DNA of 63,962 nt, the filler included, from Candidatus Desantisbacteria bacterium CG1_02_49_89 (lineage in GTDB: Bacteria; Desantisbacteria; UBA1551): assembly GCA_001871075.1 (NCBI GenBank). It is 4 parts of 4 records of this genome, joined end to end, with 100 filler letters (N's around TTAATTAATTAA, not from the genome) between each part and the next. Parts side by side here need not be neighbours in the genome. Positions count along the whole stretch, not along the records: positions 43,751 to 54,908 come from MNUP01000034.1; positions 55,009 to 63,962 come from MNUP01000011.1; 2 more parts are not named here. One strand, written 5' to 3'. Each line of letters starts with the position of its first letter. The stretch's first letter is position 1. A model generated the notes under the pieces. It made no database searches and was not told the origin of the DNA. It was given only the letters and a program-made list of their open reading frames with translations. The translations under genes were made by a program, and so were the position numbers. Positions 51,928 through 61,348 of the stretch are shown in pieces.

Positions 51928-52467
51928 ATGGAAGAGATCTTTTTGACGAAGGAAAGAATAAAAATTTTGAAAGCTATTATTTTCAAGGAGTCCGCGGTCA
52001 GCGTTAATGCTATAGCGAACCATCTTGAGATTAGTAAAGGGCTTGTTTCAAAATATCTTAATATTCTTACAAAGCGGGGCATAGCCAAAATAGTAAATGG
52101 AAAATTTACCATTACTAATTCTGCCTTTGTAAAAGGAATAAAGATTTTATTGAATTTAGACAGCATTAAAACGAGCATATTTAAAAAATACGCTTTCGTT
52201 AAATCGGCAGGTCTTTACGGCAGTTGCGCAAGAGGCGGGAACAACGAGGAATCGGATGTTGATTTGTGGGTTAGGGTATCCGGAGTAACCGAAGATAAGA
52301 TGGCTTCTTTATCCTCAATGTTGAGTAAAAAAATTAAAAGCGTGAAGGTTCTGTTTCTGACAGACGAGAAAATTGAAAAGCTGAAGAAAGAAGACGCTCT
52401 GTTTTACTATTCCCTGGCTTTTGGTTCAATAATCATATACGGAGACAAACAAGATGTTCAATTATAA
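51928..52467 (+). CDS. wHTH + minimal nucleotidyltransferase (MNT)
   Basis: HTH SVNAIANHLEISKGLVSKYL; YGSCARG..SDVDL. Confidence 0.88.
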   Translation: MEEIFLTKERIKILKAIIFKESAVSVNAIANHLEISKGLVSKYLNILTKRGIAKIVNGKFTITNSAFVKGIKILLNLDSIKTSIFKKYAFVKSAGLYGSCARGGNNEESDVDLWVRVSGVTEDKMASLSSMLSKKIKSVKVLFLTDEKIEKLKKEDALFYYSLAFGSIIIYGDKQDVQL

Positions 52468-52909
52468 AGATTGCGTAAAAGAAGGATTGCTGAGAAAGAT
52501 TCCGCCTTCGAATGAAAAAGCAAACAAGTCGATTGAAAAGGCAGAAAGGTGGTTAATGGAGGCGCGAAATACTCTTGCGGGTGGTTCCTGCGATTCATCC
52601 GTTCTTGCTTCCTATATGGCGATGTTTCACTCGGCAAGAGCAATTCTTTTCTTTGACGGGTGGAGAGAAAAAAGCCATGCCTGTATTGCAAGATACCTGG
52701 AAGAACTCTATGTGAAGACAGGAAGGCTTGAAAAGAAATGGGTGGAACTGCTCGATCATCACAGGGAAATAAGGCATAACGAACAGTATGATCTGAGTTT
52801 TTCCTCCACGCAAAAAGAAGCAGAAGAAGCGTTAAAATCCGCTTCAGATTTTTTAGAAATTATGAAGAAACTCCTTAATTCTATTTCAGGCAAAAAAAGC
52901 TCTTTATAA
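52454..52909 (+). CDS. HEPN domain protein
   Basis: YMAMFHSARAIL, KSH, RHNEQY; overlaps MNT gene. Confidence 0.88.
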   Translation: MFNYKDCVKEGLLRKIPPSNEKANKSIEKAERWLMEARNTLAGGSCDSSVLASYMAMFHSARAILFFDGWREKSHACIARYLEELYVKTGRLEKKWVELLDHHREIRHNEQYDLSFSSTQKEAEEALKSASDFLEIMKKLLNSISGKKSSL

Positions 52910-53045
52910 ATCCGCGACAGCTGTCATTGCAAGTCGTTTATTGTCATTGCGTCCCGCCGATATTTGTGGCGGGGAAGCAATCTCGTTTAAAAGATTGACT
53001 TTTTCTTTATTTAATGATATAATATTCGGTGTAAAGGAGGGTTAT

Positions 53046-53261
53046 ATGCTTGCTAATTATACTATTGTAATAGTAAAAAGCGACAAATGGTATGCTGGTT
53101 ATGTTAAGGAACTGCCTGGCGCGCACTCTCAGGGTAAAACCATAAGAGAGGTTAAGCAGAATCTTAAAGAAGCGATAAAAATGGTGCTGGGATCAAGCCG
53201 CAGACATTTCTTTGCGGGTTACGACAAGGTTTTAGAAGAAAGAATTGCAGTGGCGGTATGA
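53046..53261 (+). CDS. hicB: HicB-family antitoxin
   Basis: ELPGAHSQGKTIREVKQNLKEAI; promoter TTGACT-17-TATAAT at 52995-53023. Confidence 0.88.
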   Translation: MLANYTIVIVKSDKWYAGYVKELPGAHSQGKTIREVKQNLKEAIKMVLGSSRRHFFAGYDKVLEERIAVAV

Positions 53262-53452
53262 AGCGCAAAGATTTAATTAAACATTTGTTAGAATGCGGCT
53301 GTATCCTTGAGCGCGAGGGAAAGAAGCACACCCTCTTTTTTAATCCCGGGGCGAATAAATCAGCGACTGTTCCTCGTCACAAGGAAATAAACACTTTCAC
53401 TGCGAGAGGCATTTGCAGAGACCTTGATATTCGCATAATCGAGTTAAAGTAG
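53258..53452 (+). CDS. hicA: HicA-family toxin
   Basis: MKRKDLIKHL, REGKKH, VPRHKEI. Confidence 0.9.
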   Translation: MKRKDLIKHLLECGCILEREGKKHTLFFNPGANKSATVPRHKEINTFTARGICRDLDIRIIELK

Positions 53453-53830
53453 CTAATAAGCAATCATGTTTTAAATTTCCGAGAAATGTATTATCTCGGG
53501 GGATTCTATGGGTACCAATATCGCCTTTGAGGAGAGCGGCATTATTGCCTGTCCTTCCCTGTCATTAACAAACCCGCTTTAACTGTTCCGCCGCCATACG
53601 CCGGCAGAACAATCCCGAAGCGGGTTTTTTATTTCCCTTGTGAAAAGGGGGACAGCGTCCGACGAAGCCTTGGCGAAGTAAGATTGAGGGGGATTTGTCT
53701 CTCTGCCTGGCTGACGAAGCTTCAGCGTAGTTATGGTCATTGCGACCCGCCAATATTCGTGGCGGGGAAGCAATCTATATTTATAGCCCAAAATTAAGGA
53801 AGGACTAAAATTAATAGAGCAGGAGTAACC

Positions 53831-54379
53831 ATGGAAGACGAAATAATAGAAGACGAAACAGGAGAATGGTTTGTTGTAGACACAGGAAAGGTTGAGGACT
53901 TAAAACTGAAAATTAAATATTACACCGTGGCGGTTAAACTAAATCCCAAGTGTGGACCTGCTTTTTATGCCCGCGGGGAAGCCTTTTACAATTTAGGCAA
54001 ATACCGGGCGGCAATTAATGACTATACCAGGGCGATGGCACTTGGCCCAGAGCATTTTACTATTTATTGCATTCGCGGGAAAGCTTATTTTGAATCGGAA
54101 AGGTATCAGAAAGCAATAGAGGACTGGAGTAAAGCAATAGAGCTAAATCCTAAATCCGCTCCGATTTATTACAACCGAGCGGTTATTTACGCAAATCAAG
54201 AATTGCCGGGACCTGCCTGCGACGATTTCTATCAGGCGGGCTTGTTGTTTTTAAAACAGAAAGAAAAGGATTATGCTCTAAGGTGTGTTGACGCTATAAA
54301 AGAAGTAAATTCTTCTTCTCCTTTAATCAAAAAACTAATGGATAAAACCCATAAAAGGAATAACCGCCGAGGACACTGA
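53831..54379 (+). CDS. TPR protein
   Basis: Three TPR-like repeats (AFYARGEAFYNLGKYRAAINDYTRA). Confidence 0.85.
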   Translation: MEDEIIEDETGEWFVVDTGKVEDLKLKIKYYTVAVKLNPKCGPAFYARGEAFYNLGKYRAAINDYTRAMALGPEHFTIYCIRGKAYFESERYQKAIEDWSKAIELNPKSAPIYYNRAVIYANQELPGPACDDFYQAGLLFLKQKEKDYALRCVDAIKEVNSSSPLIKKLMDKTHKRNNRRGH

Positions 54380-54384
54380 AACCT

Positions 54385-54560
54385 TTTCTTTACTATCTAT
54401 GAAATTGCGCGACAAAATTAACAAACAGAAATAGGTGAAAGGCGCAGGCAAATACATAGGGCACGAGTTGATGCAAGATCGTAATGGCAAAAGTCCTCTG
54501 GAACTTGCCGGCGTAGATACTTTAGAAATTGATTGGATAAAGTTTAACCAGAAGAGATAT
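54385..54560 (+). pseudogene. Possible transposase C-terminal fragment
   Basis: RNGKSPLELAGVD...DWIKF tail; broken frame upstream. Confidence 0.4.
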
Positions 54561-54640
54561 TTATTCTTGGAGGACTTCTTATTGCACCTTTTGTCATTGC
54601 GGCCCGCCAATTTTTGTGAAAAGAGCCTTGCAGCTTTTTC

Positions 54641-54908
54641 TGTTCCGCAACATTCAAAATGTCACATTTGGGAACCTTAAAATGTCACATCGCTCATAGT
54701 TGGTACTCTCCGATTTTCTGCTCATCTTTTAACACAATAATCTTTTTGTTGGGGATAAGACACACGGTTACTTCCTGCTCTGGGAATCGCCCTACTTTCC
54801 AGATTCTGCCTTCGAGAGTACCCACCCCCCTCACCCTACCCCTCTCCCTCGAGGGGAGAGGATAAAGGAGAGGGTGATTATTACCTGATTTTTAAACCAG
54901 CCAGCCTA
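54641..54908 (-). mobile_element. Second, inverted MITE copy truncated by contig end
   Basis: 268-bp reverse complement of 43844-44111 with 9 substitutions. Confidence 0.85.
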
Positions 54909-55008
54909 NNNNNNNNNNNNNNNNNNNNNNNNNNNNNNNNNNNNNNNNNNNNTTAATTAATTAANNNNNNNNNNNNNNNNNNNNNNNNNNNNNNNNNNNN
55001 NNNNNNNN
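54909..55008. other. Artificial contig linker
   Basis: N44-TTAATTAATTAA-N44. Confidence 0.97.
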
Positions 55009-55158
55009 CTTGGAGTAAATATCGGGGTAGCGGCGCCTATGGCTTTCTTCCATTTCGGCGGGTCAAAGGATTCGTTCTTCGGTGACCTGCACGCGCAGGG
55101 GCGGGACGCGTTCGAATTTTTCACGGACGCGGTTGTTGTAGTGGAACGCTGGTTCTGA
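55009..55158 (+). CDS. iolA: C-terminus of CoA-acylating (methyl)malonate-semialdehyde dehydrogenase (IolA/MmsA)
   Basis: [38 protein letters not shown]...ERWF*; absent from ORF track. Confidence 0.8.
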   Translation, partial: LGVNIGVAAPMAFFHFGGSKDSFFGDLHAQGRDAFEFFTDAVVVVERWF

Positions 55159-55323
55159 AACATAAAGGCGTATCAACGTGTCCCGCCCAACAAGCGTTGG
55201 CGGGCAGGCGCCGTGTCCACGTGTCAGAGTAGAAACAAGGATTGTTTATATAAATTATAAAAGTCCATGCAGTTGCGTTGATACGCTGATACGTGGATAC
55301 GTTGACACGCATTTGGAGGTTTA

Positions 55324-57120
55324 ATGAAGCTGACCGGCGGGGAAATTATCGTTCAGTATCTTATAAAGGAAGGGGTACCTTACGCGGCGGGCATCCCCGG
55401 GCACGGGTGCCTTGCGCTTGTTGACGCGTTCAGCAGGCAGAAAAAGATCAAAATGATCCAGGTCAGGCACGAGCAGTCCGCAGTGCACCTGGCTGACGGG
55501 TATTACCGCGCCTGCGGCAAACCGCTTGCGGTATTCACGTCCATAGGTCCGGGAGCGATGAACACCGTGATAGGGGTAGCCACCTGTTTCGTGGATTCCA
55601 CGCCGGTCCTGGTCTTAACGGGGCAGACACACACTCATATGTTCGGAAAGGGAGTCCTGCAGGAGATAGAAAGGGGGCACGATGCTAATTCAGCGAGGGT
55701 GTTTGAGCCGATCGTCAAGAGATGGTGGCAGCCGGTAAGACCGGCGCAGCTGCCTGTTATTATACAGAGGGCTTTCAACTATATGATGAGCGGAAGAAGG
55801 GGGCCGGTGCTCATAGACCTGCCTATGGACGTGCAGGCGGGATGCGCCGACGTTAAACTGCCTGACCCGCTGAAGCACAAGCCGTCGGGAAGGTTTATCG
55901 GCGACCCGGAACTTGTTAAAAATGCTGTGAGCCTGCTCGCAAGCGCCAAAAGGCCGGTGATACTCGCGGGCGGAGGGATAAACGCGAGCCGCGCTTTCGC
56001 TGAGCTGAAGATCCTGGCGGAGAAGTTAGGCGCCGCGGTCATAACAACAATGGCGAGCAAATCCTGTTTTCCCGAGGACCACTATCTTTACGGCTGGCAG
56101 GCAGGCTCGAAGGGGACCACCTGCGGGAATAAATTGTGTTCTTCCGCGGATGTGATCCTGTCGGTGGGATGCAGGTTCGCGGACGAGACCACTTCCTCGT
56201 ATAAGAAAGGCGTGAGTTTCTCCATACCGCCCACAAAATTGATACAGGTCGATATTGATCCGGTTGAGATCGGGAAGAACTATCCCGCGGAAGTCGGGAT
56301 CACGGGAGACGCTGGAGAGGTCCTGAGGCAGATGCTTTCGGAATTAAAAGGCAGAAGAATTGATGAAAAGAAAACATACATGAATGAGATCAGGCGGGTA
56401 AGGGAGGAATGGTACAGGAGCATCAGGCACTTAAGAGAATCAAACAAGGTTCCAGTTATAATCTCGCGTTTCTTGAAGGAACTGAGAGAGTGCCTGCCCA
56501 GGGACGCGTATGTCGTGACAGCGTCAGGGAACGCGCAGGCGCAGATCATGCAGGAGTTCCCTTTCTACGAACCAGGCACCATGATCACAAGCGGCGGTTT
56601 TTCAACGATGGGTTTCGTTGTCCCCGCGGCGCTGGGGGTCAAGCTCGCTAAGCCCGGAAAGAAAGTTATCGGCGTGCTGGGAGACGGAGATTTCATGATG
56701 ACGATGCAGGAGCTTGCAACCGCCGTGCAGTACAATATACCGGTCGTATTCGCCGTCCTGAACAATTTCGCGTGGCAGGCAATAACCGACCTTCAGATCG
56801 CGGCGTACGGCGAGAAGAGCGCGGCGGCGACAAGGTTCTTCAGGGACAAAGATAAAACCCTTTATTCCCCTGATTTTTTCTCCATTGCAAAGGGCTTCGG
56901 GTGCTACGCGGAGAAAATTTCAAAGCCGGGGGAAGTGCAGCCAGCCATCAGGAGGGCTTTTGAGTCTGGCAGGCCCGCGGTCGTGGAGGTGGAGGTATAC
57001 AGGGAATACCCGTATTCCGGGAGCCCTGCCGTAGGGTGGTGGGATGTTCCCATACCAACTTATATGAAGGAGAAAAGGGCAAAATACGAGAGGGAGAAAA
57101 AGGGCGAAGGTTTATCATAA
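55324..57120 (+). CDS. TPP-dependent enzyme, IolD/acetolactate-synthase-like
   Basis: GIPGHG, RHEQ, TSIGPG, GDGDF..NN; IolD-like WWDVP tail. Confidence 0.82.
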   Translation: MKLTGGEIIVQYLIKEGVPYAAGIPGHGCLALVDAFSRQKKIKMIQVRHEQSAVHLADGYYRACGKPLAVFTSIGPGAMNTVIGVATCFVDSTPVLVLTGQTHTHMFGKGVLQEIERGHDANSARVFEPIVKRWWQPVRPAQLPVIIQRAFNYMMSGRRGPVLIDLPMDVQAGCADVKLPDPLKHKPSGRFIGDPELVKNAVSLLASAKRPVILAGGGINASRAFAELKILAEKLGAAVITTMASKSCFPEDHYLYGWQAGSKGTTCGNKLCSSADVILSVGCRFADETTSSYKKGVSFSIPPTKLIQVDIDPVEIGKNYPAEVGITGDAGEVLRQMLSELKGRRIDEKKTYMNEIRRVREEWYRSIRHLRESNKVPVIISRFLKELRECLPRDAYVVTASGNAQAQIMQEFPFYEPGTMITSGGFSTMGFVVPAALGVKLAKPGKKVIGVLGDGDFMMTMQELATAVQYNIPVVFAVLNNFAWQAITDLQIAAYGEKSAAATRFFRDKDKTLYSPDFFSIAKGFGCYAEKISKPGEVQPAIRRAFESGRPAVVEVEVYREYPYSGSPAVGWWDVPIPTYMKEKRAKYEREKKGEGLS

Positions 57121-57121
57121 T

Positions 57122-58192
57122 ATGCGCAGAAATTTAGAAGACACAATTAAATTCCTTGATGAAGTCTGGCACCTCAATACCACTGCAATAGCGTATCATC
57201 TTGACGGATGGGATGCGCGGGAAGGTGAGGAGGCGACAAAGCGGACAAGGAAGTCCGTTTTCTTGAATCCGGAAATAATGCTGGACGAGCAATTAAGTCT
57301 TATGAAAATTCGCTCCGCCTATCCGGATGACCGCGTGCCTTTCTTTCATCCATATCTGGGCGTTGGTGTTTATGCTTCTGCTTTTGGATGCGAAATTATC
57401 TTTCCTGAGAACGAACAGCCCTGGACAAAACCCCTGCTGTACCTGGAAAATATAACAGAAGTTTATTCCCTCAAGACTCCCCAACCCCAGAATGGACTGC
57501 TTGGAAAAGTTCTGGAATATGTGAATTATTTTCAGAAGGAAAAACAGGAATATCCAATCAGACTCACAGATACCCAGAGCCCCATAGATTCCGCTTCCCT
57601 TATTATGAAGTATGAGGAACTCCTCATAGCGATGTATACCAACCCGAAAGAGGTCCATCATTTATTGAAGATGGTAACGGAGTTGATTATTAAATTCGCA
57701 AAATTGGAAAAGAGTGTTGTCAAAGATTTCAGCCCGAACCATTCCCCGCAGATTTACCAGCCGTCTGACTGGGGAATATGCCTGAGCGATGACCTTATTG
57801 CTATACTTTCACCTGAGCTCTACAGGGAGTTCGCCCTTCCTTATGTCAATATTTTATCCGAGGAGTTCAACGGGGTCTTCATCCATTCCTGTGGAGATTT
57901 CAGCCATAACCTTGGCAATATGTTGAAAATGAAAAACCTGAGGGGAATAGATTTCGGCGTGACAGAGATGCCTATTGAAAATATAGTAGAGAAACTGGAT
58001 GGCAAAACTCTTTTTGTCTGCCATCTGGGCTTAAACACAAAGTTGCGATTCAATGATACATTTGAATATCTGGACTATGTATTTCAGCGCAGGAAATCTA
58101 ACACCCATCTTTTTGTTCTGGTTCCGATATTCAGCACAAAGGGCGAAAAGATACCGCTGGATAGAGTCAGTAAAATCCTTGAAGGCAAATAG
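57122..58192 (+). CDS. URO-D/MtaA-CmuA superfamily protein
   Basis: TDTQSPID, SDDL..LSPELYREF, HSCG. Confidence 0.72.
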   Translation: MRRNLEDTIKFLDEVWHLNTTAIAYHLDGWDAREGEEATKRTRKSVFLNPEIMLDEQLSLMKIRSAYPDDRVPFFHPYLGVGVYASAFGCEIIFPENEQPWTKPLLYLENITEVYSLKTPQPQNGLLGKVLEYVNYFQKEKQEYPIRLTDTQSPIDSASLIMKYEELLIAMYTNPKEVHHLLKMVTELIIKFAKLEKSVVKDFSPNHSPQIYQPSDWGICLSDDLIAILSPELYREFALPYVNILSEEFNGVFIHSCGDFSHNLGNMLKMKNLRGIDFGVTEMPIENIVEKLDGKTLFVCHLGLNTKLRFNDTFEYLDYVFQRRKSNTHLFVLVPIFSTKGEKIPLDRVSKILEGK

Positions 58193-58233
58193 TCTTTTAA
58201 CTCGCAATCAGAATTACCAACTGGAGGGTAATA

Positions 58234-58863
58234 ATGAGAATTGCCGTTGTAAATGAGACGAGTGCTGCTGATAAGAACAAGGACGTTATCGCGGCGCTGG
58301 AAGGCAGGGGTCTTGCGGTAATAAACGCGGGGATGAAAAAAACCGGGGAAAAACCCGAGCTGACCTATATCAACACGGGATTTTATGCGGCTGTCCTGCT
58401 TAACCTGGGAAGGGTTGATCTTGTTGTGGGCGGGTGCGGCACAGGCCAGGGATTCCTGAATTCGGTAATGCAGTACCCTGATGTTTCGTGCGGGCTTATA
58501 CAAAATCCCCTGGACGCAAGGCTTTTCGCCCAGATAAACGCGGGCAACTGTATATCGCTCGCGCTTAATTACGGCTACGGCTGGGCGGGTGACGTGAACC
58601 TCAAGCTGATATTCGACCAGCTTTTTTCGGTCAAGGAATTCGGCGAGGGGTATCCGCCGCACCGCAGCGAGTCCCAGAAGGAGAGCAGGGAACGGCTGAA
58701 AAAGATCTCGGGTATCGCGCACAGGAGCTTCGCGGAGATCGTGGCCGCGGTAGACGGCGCGGTGATAAAGCCTGTTTTGGAATATCCGGGCGCGCTCGAG
58801 ATCATCGGCATAGATTCAATAAAAGACGCCGGCCTTAAAAAAGCATTCAAAGAAAGACTATAA
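58234..58863 (+). CDS. RpiB/LacAB-family isomerase (DhuI-like)
   Basis: GGCGTGQG, QINAGN, GWAGDVNL, GEGYP. Confidence 0.82.
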   Translation: MRIAVVNETSAADKNKDVIAALEGRGLAVINAGMKKTGEKPELTYINTGFYAAVLLNLGRVDLVVGGCGTGQGFLNSVMQYPDVSCGLIQNPLDARLFAQINAGNCISLALNYGYGWAGDVNLKLIFDQLFSVKEFGEGYPPHRSESQKESRERLKKISGIAHRSFAEIVAAVDGAVIKPVLEYPGALEIIGIDSIKDAGLKKAFKERL

Positions 58864-58968
58864 TAACCACAGGTTAACACAGGTTTCCGCCATAATAATT
58901 GGCGGACCCGCCAGTCTTTTGGGCGGGAACACTCCCTAATATATTTTTACAGGGAACTTAAGAGAACT
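58863..58968 (+). repeat. 106-bp composite repeat, direct copy at 61124-61229
   Basis: One mismatch between copies. Confidence 0.92.
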
Positions 58969-59099
58969 TAAAAAGCTTAAAAGATATCGGCAGTTTAAAT
59001 TCTCGTACAATCCCTGCAAAGGGCTTTAATCACCTTAATCATTTTTAAATAATCACCGTAATCATCTTTTAGAAATCACTGTAATCAAGGAGGATGTAA

Positions 59100-59960
59100 A
59101 TGAAGTTTGGATTCCTGGCTGGGCTGGATTTTATGCAAAGGAAGGCAGAGGACGTTGTAAAGGCCCTTAAAGAAAACGGGTATGACGGGGTGGAATGGAC
59201 CCTGGCGCACTTTAACCCGAGGGCAAAGTCCGAAAAAGAACTCACCGAGGTTGTAAGGGTGACGAAAGACGCGGGGTTAGAAATAAGCGAGCTTGTGGTC
59301 CAGCAGAACTACGTGAACCTTGAAAAGGAAAAGAACAGGGAAGCGATCGATTTTACAAAAGAATGCATTCAGGCGTGCGCGAAGTTCGGCATACCGGCTG
59401 CGAACGTTTTCACGGGCCCTATACCATGGGACCCAAGCACTCCGGTAGTAGGCAAGAATATAAAGGAAGGGGACGCATGGCAGATGGTAAGGGACGCATA
59501 CGCGGAAATAGTCCCGGCCGCGGAAAAGAATAAGGTGAACCTTGCGGTTGAGGGAGTTTTCGGGATGCTGTGCCATGATTTTTACACGACCAGCCTTCTT
59601 ATCAATCATTTCCGGTCCGAATACCTGGGCGTGAACCTTGACCCGTCGCACGGGATACTTGTCGGCAACCTGGACGTGGGATGGATAGTCAAGGAATGGG
59701 GGAAGAGGATAAAGCACGTCCACCTGAAGGATTGCGCCGGAACCCCGGGTATGGGCAATTTCATTTTCCCTTTGTTAGGAGAAGGGCTTGTGGACTGGGC
59801 AGCGTTCTTCAAAGCCCTGAAAGAGATCGGGTACAACGGCTTCTGCTCAGTTGAGTTCGAGTCGTTCACGTATTATAATAAGGTATTAAGGAACGACCCG
59901 GTAGCCGCGGCAAAGCTTTCGATGGAACAGATCCGTAAGTTGACCGAAGGAATCATATAG
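59100..59960 (+). CDS. Sugar phosphate isomerase/epimerase (xylose-isomerase-like TIM barrel)
   Basis: GYDGVE, NLDPSH, HVHLKD, SVEFE. Confidence 0.88.
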   Translation: MKFGFLAGLDFMQRKAEDVVKALKENGYDGVEWTLAHFNPRAKSEKELTEVVRVTKDAGLEISELVVQQNYVNLEKEKNREAIDFTKECIQACAKFGIPAANVFTGPIPWDPSTPVVGKNIKEGDAWQMVRDAYAEIVPAAEKNKVNLAVEGVFGMLCHDFYTTSLLINHFRSEYLGVNLDPSHGILVGNLDVGWIVKEWGKRIKHVHLKDCAGTPGMGNFIFPLLGEGLVDWAAFFKALKEIGYNGFCSVEFESFTYYNKVLRNDPVAAAKLSMEQIRKLTEGII

Positions 59961-60248
59961 ACAAAACAAGTCAAAAGTCAAAATGCAAAATGCAAAAGTA
60001 GAAGACAACCACGGAGGCACGGAGACACAGTCGCCCCTACGGCGACCCGCCGATGAGGCGGGAGACCACCTTAAGGATTTTTCACAGTGAACTTAAGAGA
60101 ACTTAAAATTCTTTGGGTTAAACCAAAAGATAAAATTAAGTTCAGTTTAAGTTCCCGTAAGTTCCCTGTCAAGAAAGTTGTAACATCGCAATCTATTTCA
60201 TAATCACTGTAATCTGTTTAAAAAATCACTGTAATCAAGGAGCAAAAA

Positions 60249-61127
60249 ATGAAGCAGGGGATATTGCTGGGTGAGTTCACAAAGACGATGAGCTTGAAGG
60301 AAGCGATCGCGCTGGCAAAGAAGATCGGGTACGAGTGCGTTGAAATACCGGCGTATGACGCGGGGTCAAAAAAAGAGCAGTATGATCCAGAAGGCGCCAG
60401 GAAACTGTTCGACTGGGCGAGGAACCAGGGGCTTGCTGTAACTTCGCTGCAATGCCACGTGGGATATTCGGCCCCGAACTGGAAGGACTGCGTAGCCCAC
60501 ACCAAGAAGATGATCGACATCGCGCAGTATTCCGGTTTGAGCGTTGTCCACACGGTCAGCGGGCCTTTGCCGTCCGCGAACGTGCACAGGCAGTGGTTAA
60601 AGGGAACTTCCGATATCGCGAAAACCCCGGAATGGGCGAATATCGTTTCCGCGTATAAAGAGCTGTGCGATTATGCATCTTCGGCATATGTAAGGGTGGC
60701 TATAGAGCCGGTTTTCGTGTATATGGTCTGCAACCTCGAGACCACAAAGAAACTGCTTGAAGACGTGGGGAGGAATGACCTGTATATCAATTACGACCCG
60801 AGCCATTTTCCCTACCAGCGCGAAGACGCTGCCCAGTTCATCAAGGCTTTCGCGAATAAAATAATACACTGTCACGTGAAGGACGCGGCGATACAGAAAG
60901 AAAATCCGGCGGAGATAGAAAAGGGAGACGCTTTCAGCATGGGAAGCGGGGAACAGTTCAAGTTCGCGGCTCCAGGAAAAGGGGTGCTGGACTGGAAGGC
61001 GATCATCGCGGCGCTGAAAGAAATAGGGTACAACCACGTGCTCTCGCTTGAAATGGGGCACGGCTACGAAGGCACACCACAGAAAATCGCGGAAGACAAC
61101 CTAAAATATTTTAAAAGCCTGTTATAA
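60249..61127 (+). CDS. Sugar phosphate isomerase/epimerase (TIM barrel)
   Basis: AIEP, NYDPSH, HCHVKD, LSLE. Confidence 0.88.
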   Translation: MKQGILLGEFTKTMSLKEAIALAKKIGYECVEIPAYDAGSKKEQYDPEGARKLFDWARNQGLAVTSLQCHVGYSAPNWKDCVAHTKKMIDIAQYSGLSVVHTVSGPLPSANVHRQWLKGTSDIAKTPEWANIVSAYKELCDYASSAYVRVAIEPVFVYMVCNLETTKKLLEDVGRNDLYINYDPSHFPYQREDAAQFIKAFANKIIHCHVKDAAIQKENPAEIEKGDAFSMGSGEQFKFAAPGKGVLDWKAIIAALKEIGYNHVLSLEMGHGYEGTPQKIAEDNLKYFKSLL

Positions 61128-61348
61128 CCACAGGTTAACACAGGTTTCCGCCATAATAATTGGCGGACCCGCCAGTCTTTTGGGCGGGAACACTCCCTAA
61201 TATATCTTTACAGGGAACTTAAGAGAACTCATTTTAGGTTCTCGTCAATTCCCTGTAAAAAACCTGTAGTTCTCTGTGCCTCCGTGCCTCTGTGGTTAAT
61301 ATTTTATCGCTGAAATCGTTATTTTAAATCGCTGTAATCGGAGGTTAA

